Shown: piece by piece, positions 11,998 through 23,180 of the stretch | Numbering within the stretch: the stretch's first letter is position 1 | Layout: each line of letters opens with the position of its first letter | From: Jimgerdemannia flammicorona | Lineage: Eukaryota | DNA length: 33,213 bases | Direction of reading: 5' to 3' | Assembly (NCBI GenBank): GCA_003990765.1 | Contig: RBNJ01000320.1 | Span: 1 to 33,213, forward strand | Notes under the pieces: generated by a model | The model's input: only the letters and a program-made list of their open reading frames with translations | Told to the model about the DNA's origin: nothing | Database searches by the model: none | Made by a program: the position numbers and the translations under genes

Positions 11998-14066
11998 ATG
12001 GATATGAGACCACCAGTATTCCATGGATATACCTCAGATGAATCAATCATCACCTTCATTGATGATTTCGAGCAGTATGCTGCCATAAGGACCCTGACAG
12101 CAGCACAGCAAGTAGCCCTCATACCCTTCAGCCTACAAGGTCCTGCCAGAGCAGCATTCACAGCTGCAACCCATGCAGAAAATGATACTGATGCTATACT
12201 GACAGCACAGAAGACCTGACTCCGAAATACATACTATACAGATGAGATCAAGCAAGCTTTGAAGGATCAGCTCAACACAACATATCAAGGAATGAGTGAG
12301 GATCCAAACACATTCTATACCAGAATTTGATATCAGAGAATTCTTGCAGATTATGCTACTGCTATCCGAGATCAAGTAGCTGAAGCAACCTTTATAAAAG
12401 AAGTCCACCCAGAAATAGCTATGGCCATCCGCTCATCACCAGTAATTCTGGATCTGCCACAGAAGATCACCTATGCTCAGCAATACTAGAAGCCAGACAC
12501 CCACAAGACCATACAATGGAGAGAGTTATAGGAGTCATAATCGAGATACCTAAGTCAACCAGTGTGATCCCCACCACAATGATCAATCGAAACACACCTC
12601 AGCCCAAAGCTACAGAGTAGCAAAAGAACAGCAATCCTTTGGAGGAACTTACCAAAAGGTTTGCAGAAATGACTGCCCACTTGGGGGATGTAGTAAAGGA
12701 GATCAGAGGAAGAGACTACCACTCTATCCAGAAGTTTGCTGCCACCTCAGACAGAAAGAAAGGTACCTGCTATACTTGTAGAGAAGAAGGCCACTACTTC
12801 TATGAATATATGAGCAAAATCAAGTATAAGGCTCAACCAAGCAATGCTATATGAAACAAGGAGCAGGCCAATACAATTACCTTCAAGAAAATTAGAGATT
12901 CTGATGAAGAAGAATGAGAGCCCTATTCTGCTCAGACTACCAAGAAGGATGTTCGCAAGGAACCCTACAAGAGACCACCAGGAAGACCCAAGAAGAACCC
13001 AGTAAAAAAGTAGATAGAAATGGCCACTGAAAGCCAAGCTGAAGAGATGGACCAAGATATGGAGCTAGAGCAAGCAGTTCAAGATATTATCTGAGGAACT
13101 ACCCCAGCCAGCAAAGGAGAAAAAGAAAAGAAACTTTGCAAGACCAAGACTTTCAAGTATGATATCTTCAAGGACCTTAGCCAACAAAAGGTCAATGCAA
13201 CCTTTGGTCAGCTTGCAGAAATCCCAACATTCAGACAACAAATGAGGTTTGGACTCACCGAAACAACCAAGAAGCAAGGATGGAAGATAACTAAGGCCAA
13301 TAATGTTCAAGAGAACTCAGGAGAAGAAAGTGAAGACAATTGCAAAACCTCTGCCTATGCAATATGTCAAATCGAAGATAGAATCTTTGAAGTCATCATC
13401 AATACTAGAGCAGGAGGATGTCTTTTCAGCAAGAAAGCAGCAGACCACCTAGGTTGGGAGGTTGAAGAAGCAACCAAGTTGGTATTTATCACAGTAGATA
13501 GCACAAGAGCCACCCCTCTGGGAAAGATCTGAGATGTCCCCATTAAGATCGGAGGAGCAACCATCCCAGTAGATGTAATTGTAACTAATGCCACCAACTA
13601 TGACATCCTCATTGGCAATCAATGGCTTCACAAAGCCAGAGCAGTAATCAATCTCAATGCCCAGAAGATGCAAATCACCTACTGGGGACAGAAGATATGA
13701 ATTTCCATCAATGTCAACAAAGGAGTCTTGCCTGACATGGAGGAAGAAGAGAGCAAGCAGGAGGAAGCTTATATGGTAACTATTCCAAAGAGGAAAGTAG
13801 GATGGATGAGTGAAGAAGAATGGTGCAAGAAGATCGCAGAAGGCTATGCACCACAAGAAGTCTGTCCTCACAGGACCAAGATATACTGTATGGAGCATAT
13901 CAACGATTACTATCAGTACACCATCAGAATCAGAAAGATCCACCAGGAAAAAAGACAGAAAGCTCTTGAAAAACAAGTCAGAGAAAAGAAGGAGGAGGAA
14001 GATGATGAACTACCAGCCCTCCTGGAGGATAGTAATGATGAAGAAGAAATTAAGGTCAAGATCTGA
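11998..14066 (+). pseudogene. gag-protease of element A
   Basis: Gag start MDMRPPVFHGY..FIDDFEQYA..LQGPA; knuckle CYTCREEGHYFYE (~12768-12810); protease FEVIINTRAGG (decayed IDTGA) and YDILIGNQWL. Confidence 0.85.
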
Positions 14067-14069
14067 AGG

Positions 14070-14374
14070 ACCCACCCTGACACAGTCTTGCCAGAATACA
14101 AGTCGGAAAATGCAACTGAAATGGACATCGCCACAGTAGAAGAAGTCATACTAGAACCCCAGACAACCACCCTACTTACAACTGGACTGGAGATGACCAT
14201 CCCAAAGGATCATATTGGGATTCTCAAGACAAGAAGCAGTCTGGCCAGAAGCAAAATTACAATTGAAGGAGGAGTTATCAATTCTGACTATACTGGAGAA
14301 ATTCTGCTCATTGCTAGGAATCACAATTCTACAATCTCATTCCCAGTCAAGAAGAAGGACCAATTAGCACAGAT
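14070..14374 (+). pseudogene. Trimeric-type dUTPase domain of element A, cut in motif 4 by the LTR insertion
   Basis: ATEMDIA (motif 1), RSSLA (motif 2), GGVINSDYTGEI (motif 3) and KKDQLAQI (motif 4), followed by LTR sequence. Confidence 0.9.
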
Positions 14375-16437
14375 TATAAGCACACAACCTCCAAGCCACC
14401 GAAATTACATGTCACCCTCTGAACAAGCCACTGAAATCACATGCAACCTCTGAACAAATCTAGAAATCACCTGCTTGATTACGAAGCTGAGTCAAACCGA
14501 AGTTACAGCACACAAAGCTGAGTCAATATGAAGTCACAGAATACAAGATTTATACAAATGGAATCTTACCAATCAGGATCAAATGTATATATACTAAGCA
14601 CCAAAATACATCGAATCAGAGAACCAAAACAAACAACAACTACAACTTCCAAACACACAAACATGACTACCGAGATCTATACCTGTATCTGCACTGACAT
14701 TTGGAATGCCATTGTCAACTGAGCCACACCCCCCCTGCCCCTCATGAATATCCATAGCTTAGCACTCTTCTACTTCATAGAAGCCCGATAGAATGCTCTG
14801 AATATGCTTAGTGAGGCCCACCGAATCAGACAAATCTCAAGTTACTACTAGATCAGCCGCCTCCTGGAAGACATGGTTGAATACCACCATGATACAGACA
14901 TTACCCAGATATCTCAATACCAGAAGCTCATCACTCGCAAACATCAAGAACTCTTCTATAAGTATAGTACCATTATTCCTCGCCTCTGAGTTACTACCAG
15001 CAAAATGGTTGCTACCCTGTCCTATGGCCAAATTGATGATATGATACAAAAACTCAACCAGAAGTACCTTGAGTATGTTGAAACCACAGACAGAACCTTC
15101 CCACACCCCAATGATTATATCCTGCAAATGTCCCAAGTTAGATATACCATGAAGGATATCTATGATATAATCCACTTCGATGAAGATGAAGCAGAAGACA
15201 ATGATCCCTCTGATGCTGACATGACCTCTAGCCAAGGATCTCTACCAACCCTGATCACTCTGTCAACCTTGCCGATGAACTTACAACAGTTCATAACTGC
15301 ATACGAGACTTATTGGGACAATGACCACTAGCATGAATACCAACCCGCATTCACCCCTGATTACTTCAACTACAACGAAGAGACCAGAAAACACAACTTG
15401 TATCTTCAGACAACCCTCAAGATCGAACCAACCACTCCACCACCTGAGTACGAGCGACATGAACCATAGCTGCCAGCATACTATAACCCTGCAACTTACA
15501 GTACCATAACCTATAGAAGATATACAGACAGCAAATCCAATGAAAGCGAAGACAATATACCCATCCTTCATCCACCAACACCTTATCCAGCCTACGAGAC
15601 AGATGATGCTATCCTGTGGGACGGAGACAAAGTCCCAATGTATTACTACCTTAGCGAACAAGGAGAAGTAATCTACGAACCACTCTTTCTAGACGACTAC
15701 TTCATCAGAGATGATGTCATTAATGGTGATGTCATCGAGGACTACCCAGACAGTACCTAAACCCATAAATAGCCTAGCAGTCATAGTATAGTTAGATTAG
15801 CTTTGTATGATGTGACTGTGAACTGACTCAGCAGTCAGACGATCTCTTGATATGTCAGATCATACTTGTACTATGTGACTGCATTCTGACTCAGCAAGGT
15901 ACTAAGTGCTATATCCATATTCAGCATAGTCCAGATAGCCCCTCACTAGTATAAATACCCCCTCCTCCAGACCTCAGAATCTAAGACTCGAACACACAAG
16001 GACATTCCTGAATACTTCCCCACAATATCTCTTTACACAACTACTCTTAGTATAGCAATATCATGAATAGTGAATAAATCTATTCAAATAACCCACAAAC
16101 CACCCTTAAGTAAATCTGCTCTCTGTTAGGTCCTACTCCTAACCCCTTTACGAAATTTCCTAATTGGGTATTGTCTGCAACAATACGCCAATTCAACTAA
16201 GCTGGTCTTAGTTTCTTGAACTTCCTGAAATATGGAAAATCCTGAACATCCAGAACTAGTCCAAAAGAGAACTTAGGTTGAGACATTAATCTGATCTTGA
16301 AATCAATAAGTATAGAGGATGTACTCCATATGAAATTGATCTTGACCATAAGAAAACGGTCTTCCAGAACATCCAGAACTTCCAGAAAACCCTTCCAGAA
16401 CTATGTAATGGTTACCCTAAAAAGCAACCCTCTTACA
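14375..16437 (+). repeat. 5' LTR of element B (2,063 bp)
   Basis: Matches the solo LTR end to end. Start TATAAG (decayed TGTAAG), end CTTACA, followed by a PBS. TATAAATA at ~15950. Confidence 0.92.
14663..15760 (+). pseudogene. LTR-encoded ORF of unknown function (365 codons)
   Basis: One frame with no frameshift from ATG 14663 (MTTEIY..) to TAA 15760 (..EDYPDST). Six internal stops, all revertible by C>T or G>A. It includes the track ORF 15005-15331. Confidence 0.8.
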
Positions 16438-16439
16438 AC

Positions 16440-17683
16440 TTGGTAGCAGCAGTTTACAATCCAATTCCACTTCAAGACACTTCCTCACCCCACTACAAAC
16501 CCCTCTGCAAATTTCTACAAGTTGGTATAAAGCCCAACCTCTGAACTGGAATTTATCCTGAACTATCTGACAATCTAGAGAGAATTGAACCTAACATATA
16601 AGGACAATTTGACCTCCACACCTACAACAAGTAGAACAAACTTCATTCAAAGAAAGAAGTACTCAGGTTAAACCAGCAAATAGGCAAAACCCTATTCACC
16701 AAACTCCTTACACTACACCCAGTAAGTCAAGATGAAGAAGGTCTTATTGAAGCCTTCTTTACTCTTCTCAATAAGAGTTTTGTCAGCTCTACAACTCTGA
16801 GTGATCTAAGACAACCAGCAGCAGTCTTTCTAGCCTTAGTTCCTCATAAAGCCCAAGCCTCTATAGCCAAGTGGCTCAACTCTACCGATTTTCACTATAC
16901 CAGGACCAAGACCACATTATACTACCAATTCCAGAACAGCAAGGCCCACCATATTCTTAAAGAAGAAGTAAGAGAAACCCTTTACCAACTACCTGACCCT
17001 GAACCTGAAGCAGGCCCTGCTATAGCCCTACCTGAATCCGAAACCAATACCGAACTTGAACTTGACTTTGAATTAAGTCCCTCTGAAATCAGATATACAA
17101 CTGATTCTGTCTACTTCAATGCTGAGCAAACCTAATTACACGGGGACCAAACTGAAGAGGAGGAGAAGTATCTTACTGAATTCGATCCAGGATACACTAC
17201 CGAAGGAGACACACTCCCATCAGGACAGAATATACCTACACAACAACAAACAGCTATCTATCAAGCCCTTACTCCAGATCCACAACTACTACTTCAACAA
17301 CTTATACAGACCCAAAGAACTCCATCACACTCTGTACCAGTACCTCAAGTAGTACCAGTAACACCACTACCAGCAGTCCAACCACCTCTAGTAAACAACA
17401 TGGTGAACCAACAGATTCTTGACCTGACAGCCCAAGTAGCCATAATGGCAGCAACCATTACTACCTTAGCTGAACAGACCCGACCTACCAAAAATCTGAG
17501 CCTACCTACCTTTAATGGTACTGCACAAGAAGTCCAAAGCTTCATTAGTGTAGTTGATACCAACTTCGAAGCCAATCAATGGACCAATGAGCGAGTTGCT
17601 GACTGCGTTCTGACAAACAATCAAGACCATACTCTGGAACAACTCTTTGCTACCACTACAGCCTATGTCTGCTGAGTTGTTAC
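16440..17683 (+). pseudogene. Element B gag with a long N-terminal extension, truncated by the LINE fragment
   Basis: A single frame runs from the PBS to LSLPTFNGTAQEVQSFISVVDTNFEANQW (a gag-like PxFxG motif). The internal stops are CGA/CAA/CAG-type revertible. Confidence 0.7.
16441..16452 (+). promoter_or_regulatory. Primer-binding site of element B
   Basis: TGGTAGCAGCAG begins 3 nt after the LTR end. Confidence 0.7.
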
Positions 17684-18882
17684 TTTTTTTTTTTTTTTTT
17701 TTTTTTTTGTTTAATGAACTCTATGTCCCGCGGAATTTTATTGGAAGGGAACCTAGACTGTATAGGCCAAAACCCTCTCCCACCACCCACCAAGCACTGC
17801 CCCCCCATTAACCTAGGCTAGCTATTGTCCAGCAGCTCGACCATGCCAGGTGCAGCAGGGCAAAAAAAAGCCCGTACCTCATTCTGTGCACCATGCTCTC
17901 CCTACCACCAGGGGAAACCCAGCCATACACCAATGACCGAAAGCGCATGCCCGAGAACCCAACGTATATACAAGACCATGCCTGAGCTGAATAGAATAGC
18001 CCCTGCCACCCCAAAGAGAATGACAGGCAAAGAAAAAACCCTCATCAAAGTACAACACAGTGGGTAGGGCCTGGTTCTCCCAGTCGAGGTGAGTAAAGGA
18101 CTTACACATGAGGTGGGAGGAAACCCCCAATACCCCACTACTCAAGCCTGCAGGCCTCGATCACGTTGCCATATCAGCTCCCGGTTCTAGTTGAGTGCAG
18201 CCAAGATGCCTGAAATGGGTAGCCTCGGGCCCCCCGACCCCCCCTGACAACTGGGACCTCACCCCGCTACCCACCAAAAGAAGCTGAGAGTGACACCTAC
18301 CACCTAACCATGCTGCACCAATCAAAAGGCCCCACCAAAGCAGTACCTGCCCCAGCCCCGACGACCGCCCCCAGCCTGGCACCCTACTGGTCTACCGTTA
18401 TCGCCCTTCCTCCTATCTGTAATGGCCATCTCCCTCCCAACCCGACAACACCTGAAAAGCAGTCACCTATGCCAGAACCGTGCTCGCCAGGAAGCTCGCC
18501 AAAGCCAGAGGGCCCCACCACAGGCACCGAAGACCTGCAGGTAACCTACACTGGGCACTTGACACCCAAGGTCAGCTGACTTTCTACATAGCCCGAGATA
18601 TACCGAGACAACACCTTGTTGGTGATGGCAAAAGGAAGAAGGTGCCGCACCAAAATGGGTACACCCCAGATGCAGCTGAAGGCACCAGAATCTGCGAAAA
18701 AGTGGAGGAAGCACTGATCCGACACTGATAAAGGGGCAACTCATCACCATTGCCCTCCTCCCACCATATCCCTACAGGCACAGCAAATCAACCCGAGGTA
18801 GAGGGGGTAATATTAGGGAAAAGGGGACTCAGAAGATCACCTATCAAACCTTGTGACCAGTAAGGTAGTGGAGAAAGGAGCT
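17684..18882 (-). mobile_element. 5'-truncated non-LTR retroelement (LINE 3' end) with poly(A) tail
   Basis: T25 at 17684-17708 is a minus-strand poly(A). The minus strand is G-rich, like the LINE at 1-5855. LPPLFRRFWCLQLH and LWLWRASWRARF resemble LINE ORF2 C-terminal motifs. No TSD was found. Confidence 0.6.
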
Positions 18883-19454
18883 GTTGTCTGCATTCCCAGA
18901 GAACCTACACCACCCAAGTTATTATTCCCAGAAGAGCCTGATTTATGCCATCTGAGTTATTCATCATTCTCAGTGAGCCAAATCAAGTTATCTGCCAAAT
19001 TATCAAAATGTTCTGTATAAGGAACCTGCTATACTACATAGAGATCATCATGCAGAAATCACAAGAGGAGAACTGCTAAATTTCCAGACTATCACATATA
19101 TAAGGAGATTGTTGCACTATATAGAAATCACCTGCCATCCAAGAAGGAGAACCACTAAATTGCCAGACTGTTATACACAAGATCACTATGCTATATATAA
19201 ATTTCTACCAATTCCCAGTTGAGCCAAGAAGGAAATCCATTTATATACAAATTGCCACTACATCTAGAGAACCATCTCAATAAGGAAATTGCTTGCAGAT
19301 ATCCAGCTTTAACTATTATACCACTAAACACCAATAAGGATCTCAGGAATCTTAAAACATTTTGTTACTTTTTGACAAAGTAACTGGGGGCTCAAGCCAA
19401 ACTATATCAATCCCCAACCTTATAATTAGCCTCCATTGAGCCAGACACATTACA
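18883..19454 (+). repeat. 5' LTR of element C (3' 572 bp only)
   Basis: Aligns with ~27826-28351 and ends GAGCCAGACACATTACA. Confidence 0.9.
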
Positions 19455-19456
19455 TC

Positions 19457-19474
19457 TGGGGGCTCAACTGGGAA
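19457..19474 (+). promoter_or_regulatory. Primer-binding site of element C, tRNA-Pro-like
   Basis: TGGGGGCTCAACTGGGAA resembles the tRNA-Pro PBS TGGGGGCTCGTCCGGGAT used by MLV. Confidence 0.75.
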
Positions 19475-20010
19475 ATATTTCAAATAAATGTGACTTTTCA
19501 GCTCACAAGAACCTATAGTCAAACTGAATATATTTGATATAACACCAATCTCTGCTACTATAGGAGAACCAGTCATCACTAGCATTTGGACAGGAAGAGA
19601 AGTAATCACATTAAGACTTGCCAACTATCCAGCATCAGAAGGATCTCAATCAGAAGCAGGAGATAGTACAGTCTGAAATCCCCAACCAGATCAACCAGAT
19701 AATACAGGTGGCCCTGTTGGAGATTTTGAAGAACTTGCACAAGAACTAGAAGATCTTATTATATGCCTGAGATCTTATAGCCAGACACCCCATATCAGTC
19801 CCACCAGTCTCACCAATAGAACCTTTACCACAACCTCTTGCAGAGTTAGAAGCAGCTCCTATAAGGATACCTAGGCTCATTCCACTTTATCTAAGGTCCA
19901 GAATACCATCTTCAAGATACCCAAGCACCCCCACCTCCAGTAACAACTCAGGAAGCAAATCAGAATCAGAATCTGAATCAGAACCAGAATCAGAAGAAAG
20001 TGATGATGAA

Positions 20011-21890
20011 ATGGCCACCTCATTACCAATCTTTGCAGGATACCTAGAGGAAGACCCCAGAGAATTCCTTGATGGAAATTAAGAAATTACAGCTCTAAGG
20101 AATCTCTCAGATGAAAGAAAAATCACCATCTACAAGGCTCAGCTCAGAGAACCAGCTAGAGGAATTTTCTATCAAACAGCAGATAATCCAGATTCAGAAT
20201 TGGTGAGACAGATACAAGCAGCAATGTCTTATAAGCTAGAATATGTGGCCATGGTCCACTAGCTCATTGAAAAGTATGCAGGAAATGAAACCTGTCACAA
20301 GGCTCAAGAATCCATCATGGGGATGAAGATGAATCTTGGAGAATCACCCAGAGCCTTCTTCACAAGAATTCAGAAGAGAATGCATGCTGCCAGGTTCAAT
20401 GCCACCAACCAGGACATCATAGGTCCAATGACTTTCATGAATGGAATTCCTCCAAACATTGCCTAGCATGTCTGTACTCTAGGCATCAGAAGGTCTGAAG
20501 AGCAAGTAGATGCAGCCCAAGGATTCTTTGATATTAGACAAGGAACTACCTGGAGTGATCATGATAAGAAAGAAGATAAAGAAGACATCTTGGTCAAAGC
20601 TCTACAAGGACTCTTTCAAGGACAAGAAAGATCTAAAGAAAGAAGGCCAGCCAAGGAAGGAAAGAAGGACAGAAGCAAAATCCAAGACCTCATCTCCAAG
20701 TTGGACTGATTGGTTAGACAGATTAAAAAACTCACTACATACGAAAATCAGAGTTACCAAGACAATAGAGGATACCCACTACAGAGAAGCCCAGATTATC
20801 CACTAAGAGATAACAGGAATTACCAGCAAGAAGAAAGAAGGTACCATCTAAGATAGAGCCCAAGTCCAATGCTTCCACTGTGGACAATTCAGAAATATGC
20901 CACTGAATGTGACAACAAAAGAAATGACCAAAGAGACTCAGAACCACCAAACTGAAGGAATGACACTCAGTACAAGAAGACTGAAGCCCATCCTGTTGAA
21001 GATTTCGAGAAAGCAAGCAACAGTGAAGACTACAGTAACCTAGACTTATACCCTACCAAGGTTACCACTCAAAAAACAGTCTACCCAGCAGAGAAAAGGA
21101 AGAGACCTGTAGGAAGGCCATCCAGGAACATCAGCAGAAGAATTATCCAAGAAGAGGATGAAGAACATGAAGAGGAGCAGGTAGAAACACCTCCCTGAAC
21201 CCCCTCACCTTTTGTCCCTGAGACAAATGAGTTGCCACTAGAAGATGAAGAAATGGAACAAGAAGAATGGGAACCTGCTGCTCCAAAGCCCAAGAAGAAG
21301 TACACCCTGAAGACCATGCCTAGAGATATCTACAACAAAGCCTGGCAGAAGATTCAAGAGGCCAAGATGGAAGTCCCCCTCCTGCAGTTCCTGCAACTGA
21401 CACCAGCTGGAATCTGAAACAAATTGCTGAGAACCACCAGGTCTAGCACTGGCCAAGTTCCTATCTCACAGCAAGAACCAGCTTCCATTCCTATTCAGGT
21501 TGCAGAAAAACATGTCAGCACCTACTTATATGGAGATATTGGAGGACAAAAGGTGAAGATCCTCATAGACATAGGAGCAGCTATCTGTATCATTGCCAAA
21601 CAGTTCCTGGACACCCTCCAATAGCCCATTGATAGACTATCTAACCTCAGCATCATAGTGGCAGATGGAGCCCAAACTCAACCCCTTGGAGAAGTATGAA
21701 ATATTACCATCTCTCTTGGATACATTCAGTTCTCTATCCCAAAAGCTATTGTCACTGAAGCTGTCACCTATGACATAATTCTTGGTATCAACTGGATGAA
21801 GAAAATGAATGCAGTTGTTAACATTGGTCAACAGGTACTCAAGTTTGACTACTGAGACAAGAAGTATAGAGTTAAGGTGACCAGCTATGA
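20011..21890 (+). pseudogene. gag-protease of element C
   Basis: MATSLPIFAGY.EEDPREFLD start; knuckle CFHCGQF (~20870); protease ILIDIGAAIC (~21560) and YDIILGINWM. Colinear with element D. Confidence 0.9.
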
Positions 21891-23180
21891 GTAATTGAAG
21901 AAGAAAAAGAAAGTCACTATTCAGGAGGAATATGCCAGCAGCGAAGAATCTATCACAGAAGAAGAGGAAGAATCTGAAGATGGAAATGATTCCCAACTTA
22001 ATCCCCGAATTAACCTGGTGGATGACAGACCAGAAGACAATGTGTGGGCCAAGAATACCATCTCTATCACCATTGGAGCTATTGCAGGAGAAATCAAAGA
22101 ATGCCCTATTTACCTCAAGAGACACAAGTGTCTCAAGCATTCCTCCAAGACTATGAGAATAAGAAAATCGCCTGGTACAGCCTGCCCAGAGTACAGAAGG
22201 AAGAAGAAGAAATGCAGACATGTTCCAGAAATACCTGCAACTGAAGCTGCAGAAGTGCAAGCAATTTGGAGACAAGAATCATCTGAGGAAGAAGAAGTTC
22301 CTGACCAAGAAGTTTCTGAACAAGAAGTACCTAAAAAGGAAGAAGTCCCTGAGCTCATTCCCTGGGATAACCCTCACTGGACACCACCTGAAGATAATGA
22401 CCCTTGGAATATAGAAGAAGGACCCAGTACAATCACTATTATCCCCAAGAAAGAAACTTATCAAGAAAAAGCTTTTCAGCTAGGAAGATGTCCACACCAA
22501 TGGTCTTCCACTCTCCCTGAGACTACTGCTATCAGTATCATCTATTGGACCAACAAGAAAGACAGAGACCCCAGAGACTGGAACCCCCAACTACACTTAT
22601 ACAGTTAACCACCTTTCAAGAAGTTACCACAAAGCTACAAAGTCGATTTAGAGGACAAGGCTTCTTCACCTAAACAGAAATATACCCCTTATCTATCCTT
22701 CCCCCAACTTATGATCAAGATGGGTACTGATTTCTGAGACAACAGGAGATAAACAGCCAGAAATATCATTTCCAAGCAATGGGATATTGCAACTATAGAA
22801 GATACCCTAACTGCCAAGTCTGCAAACATCAGAAGATTCACCTTAGTCATAATATTGCAGTCCATACTTTAAAGAGAGGAGACAACAGAGGTCAGATCTG
22901 AAAAAGCTAAATCAAGAAGCCAGGAAGAAGAATCCTCAAGATCTACGATTTGAGAGAAGACATCCTAGCTCTTATCAGACATGCAACCTGTCAAGAATGG
23001 GTAAAAGATGCTACCAACTTCATGGAAGCCCTAGACCCTACAGGAAGAAGAGAAATTAATTATCTCTGAGACCCCTCTACTGGTGCCAGATGGCCACACC
23101 TCAACCTTAGAGCTTGGAGGCTCTCTGCTAGTAGAGCTTCAGCCTTAGGAAAGCCTGAACTTAGTAAGGATATTGCCCAG

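Larger units (their letters stand above)
11431..14374 (+). mobile_element. Ty3/Gypsy element A, 5' half (LTR-PBS-gag-PR-dUTPase), truncated by the family-B insertion
   Basis: LTR end CATTACA followed by TGGTAC; gag, CCHC knuckle, aspartic protease and dUTPase motifs occur in order. The RT/IN half is not seen in the window. Confidence 0.85.

Noticed and set aside
14088..14453. Intact 121-aa dUTPase gene
   Set aside because: The ORF is a chimera: after LAQI (14374) it reads into LTR-B sequence and lacks motif 5.
8768..16437. A single element with 2-kb terminal inverted repeats (DIRS-, foldback- or Polinton-like)
   Set aside because: The left copy has its own 5-bp TSD and the right copy is followed by a PBS and gag, so these are two separate LTR insertions.
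17674..17683. TSD for the LINE fragment (GAGTTGT vs GAGCTGT near 18878), or a TTAC match to the TTACA after element C
   Set aside because: The matches are short or imperfect, and the flanks belong to different elements with different decay levels.
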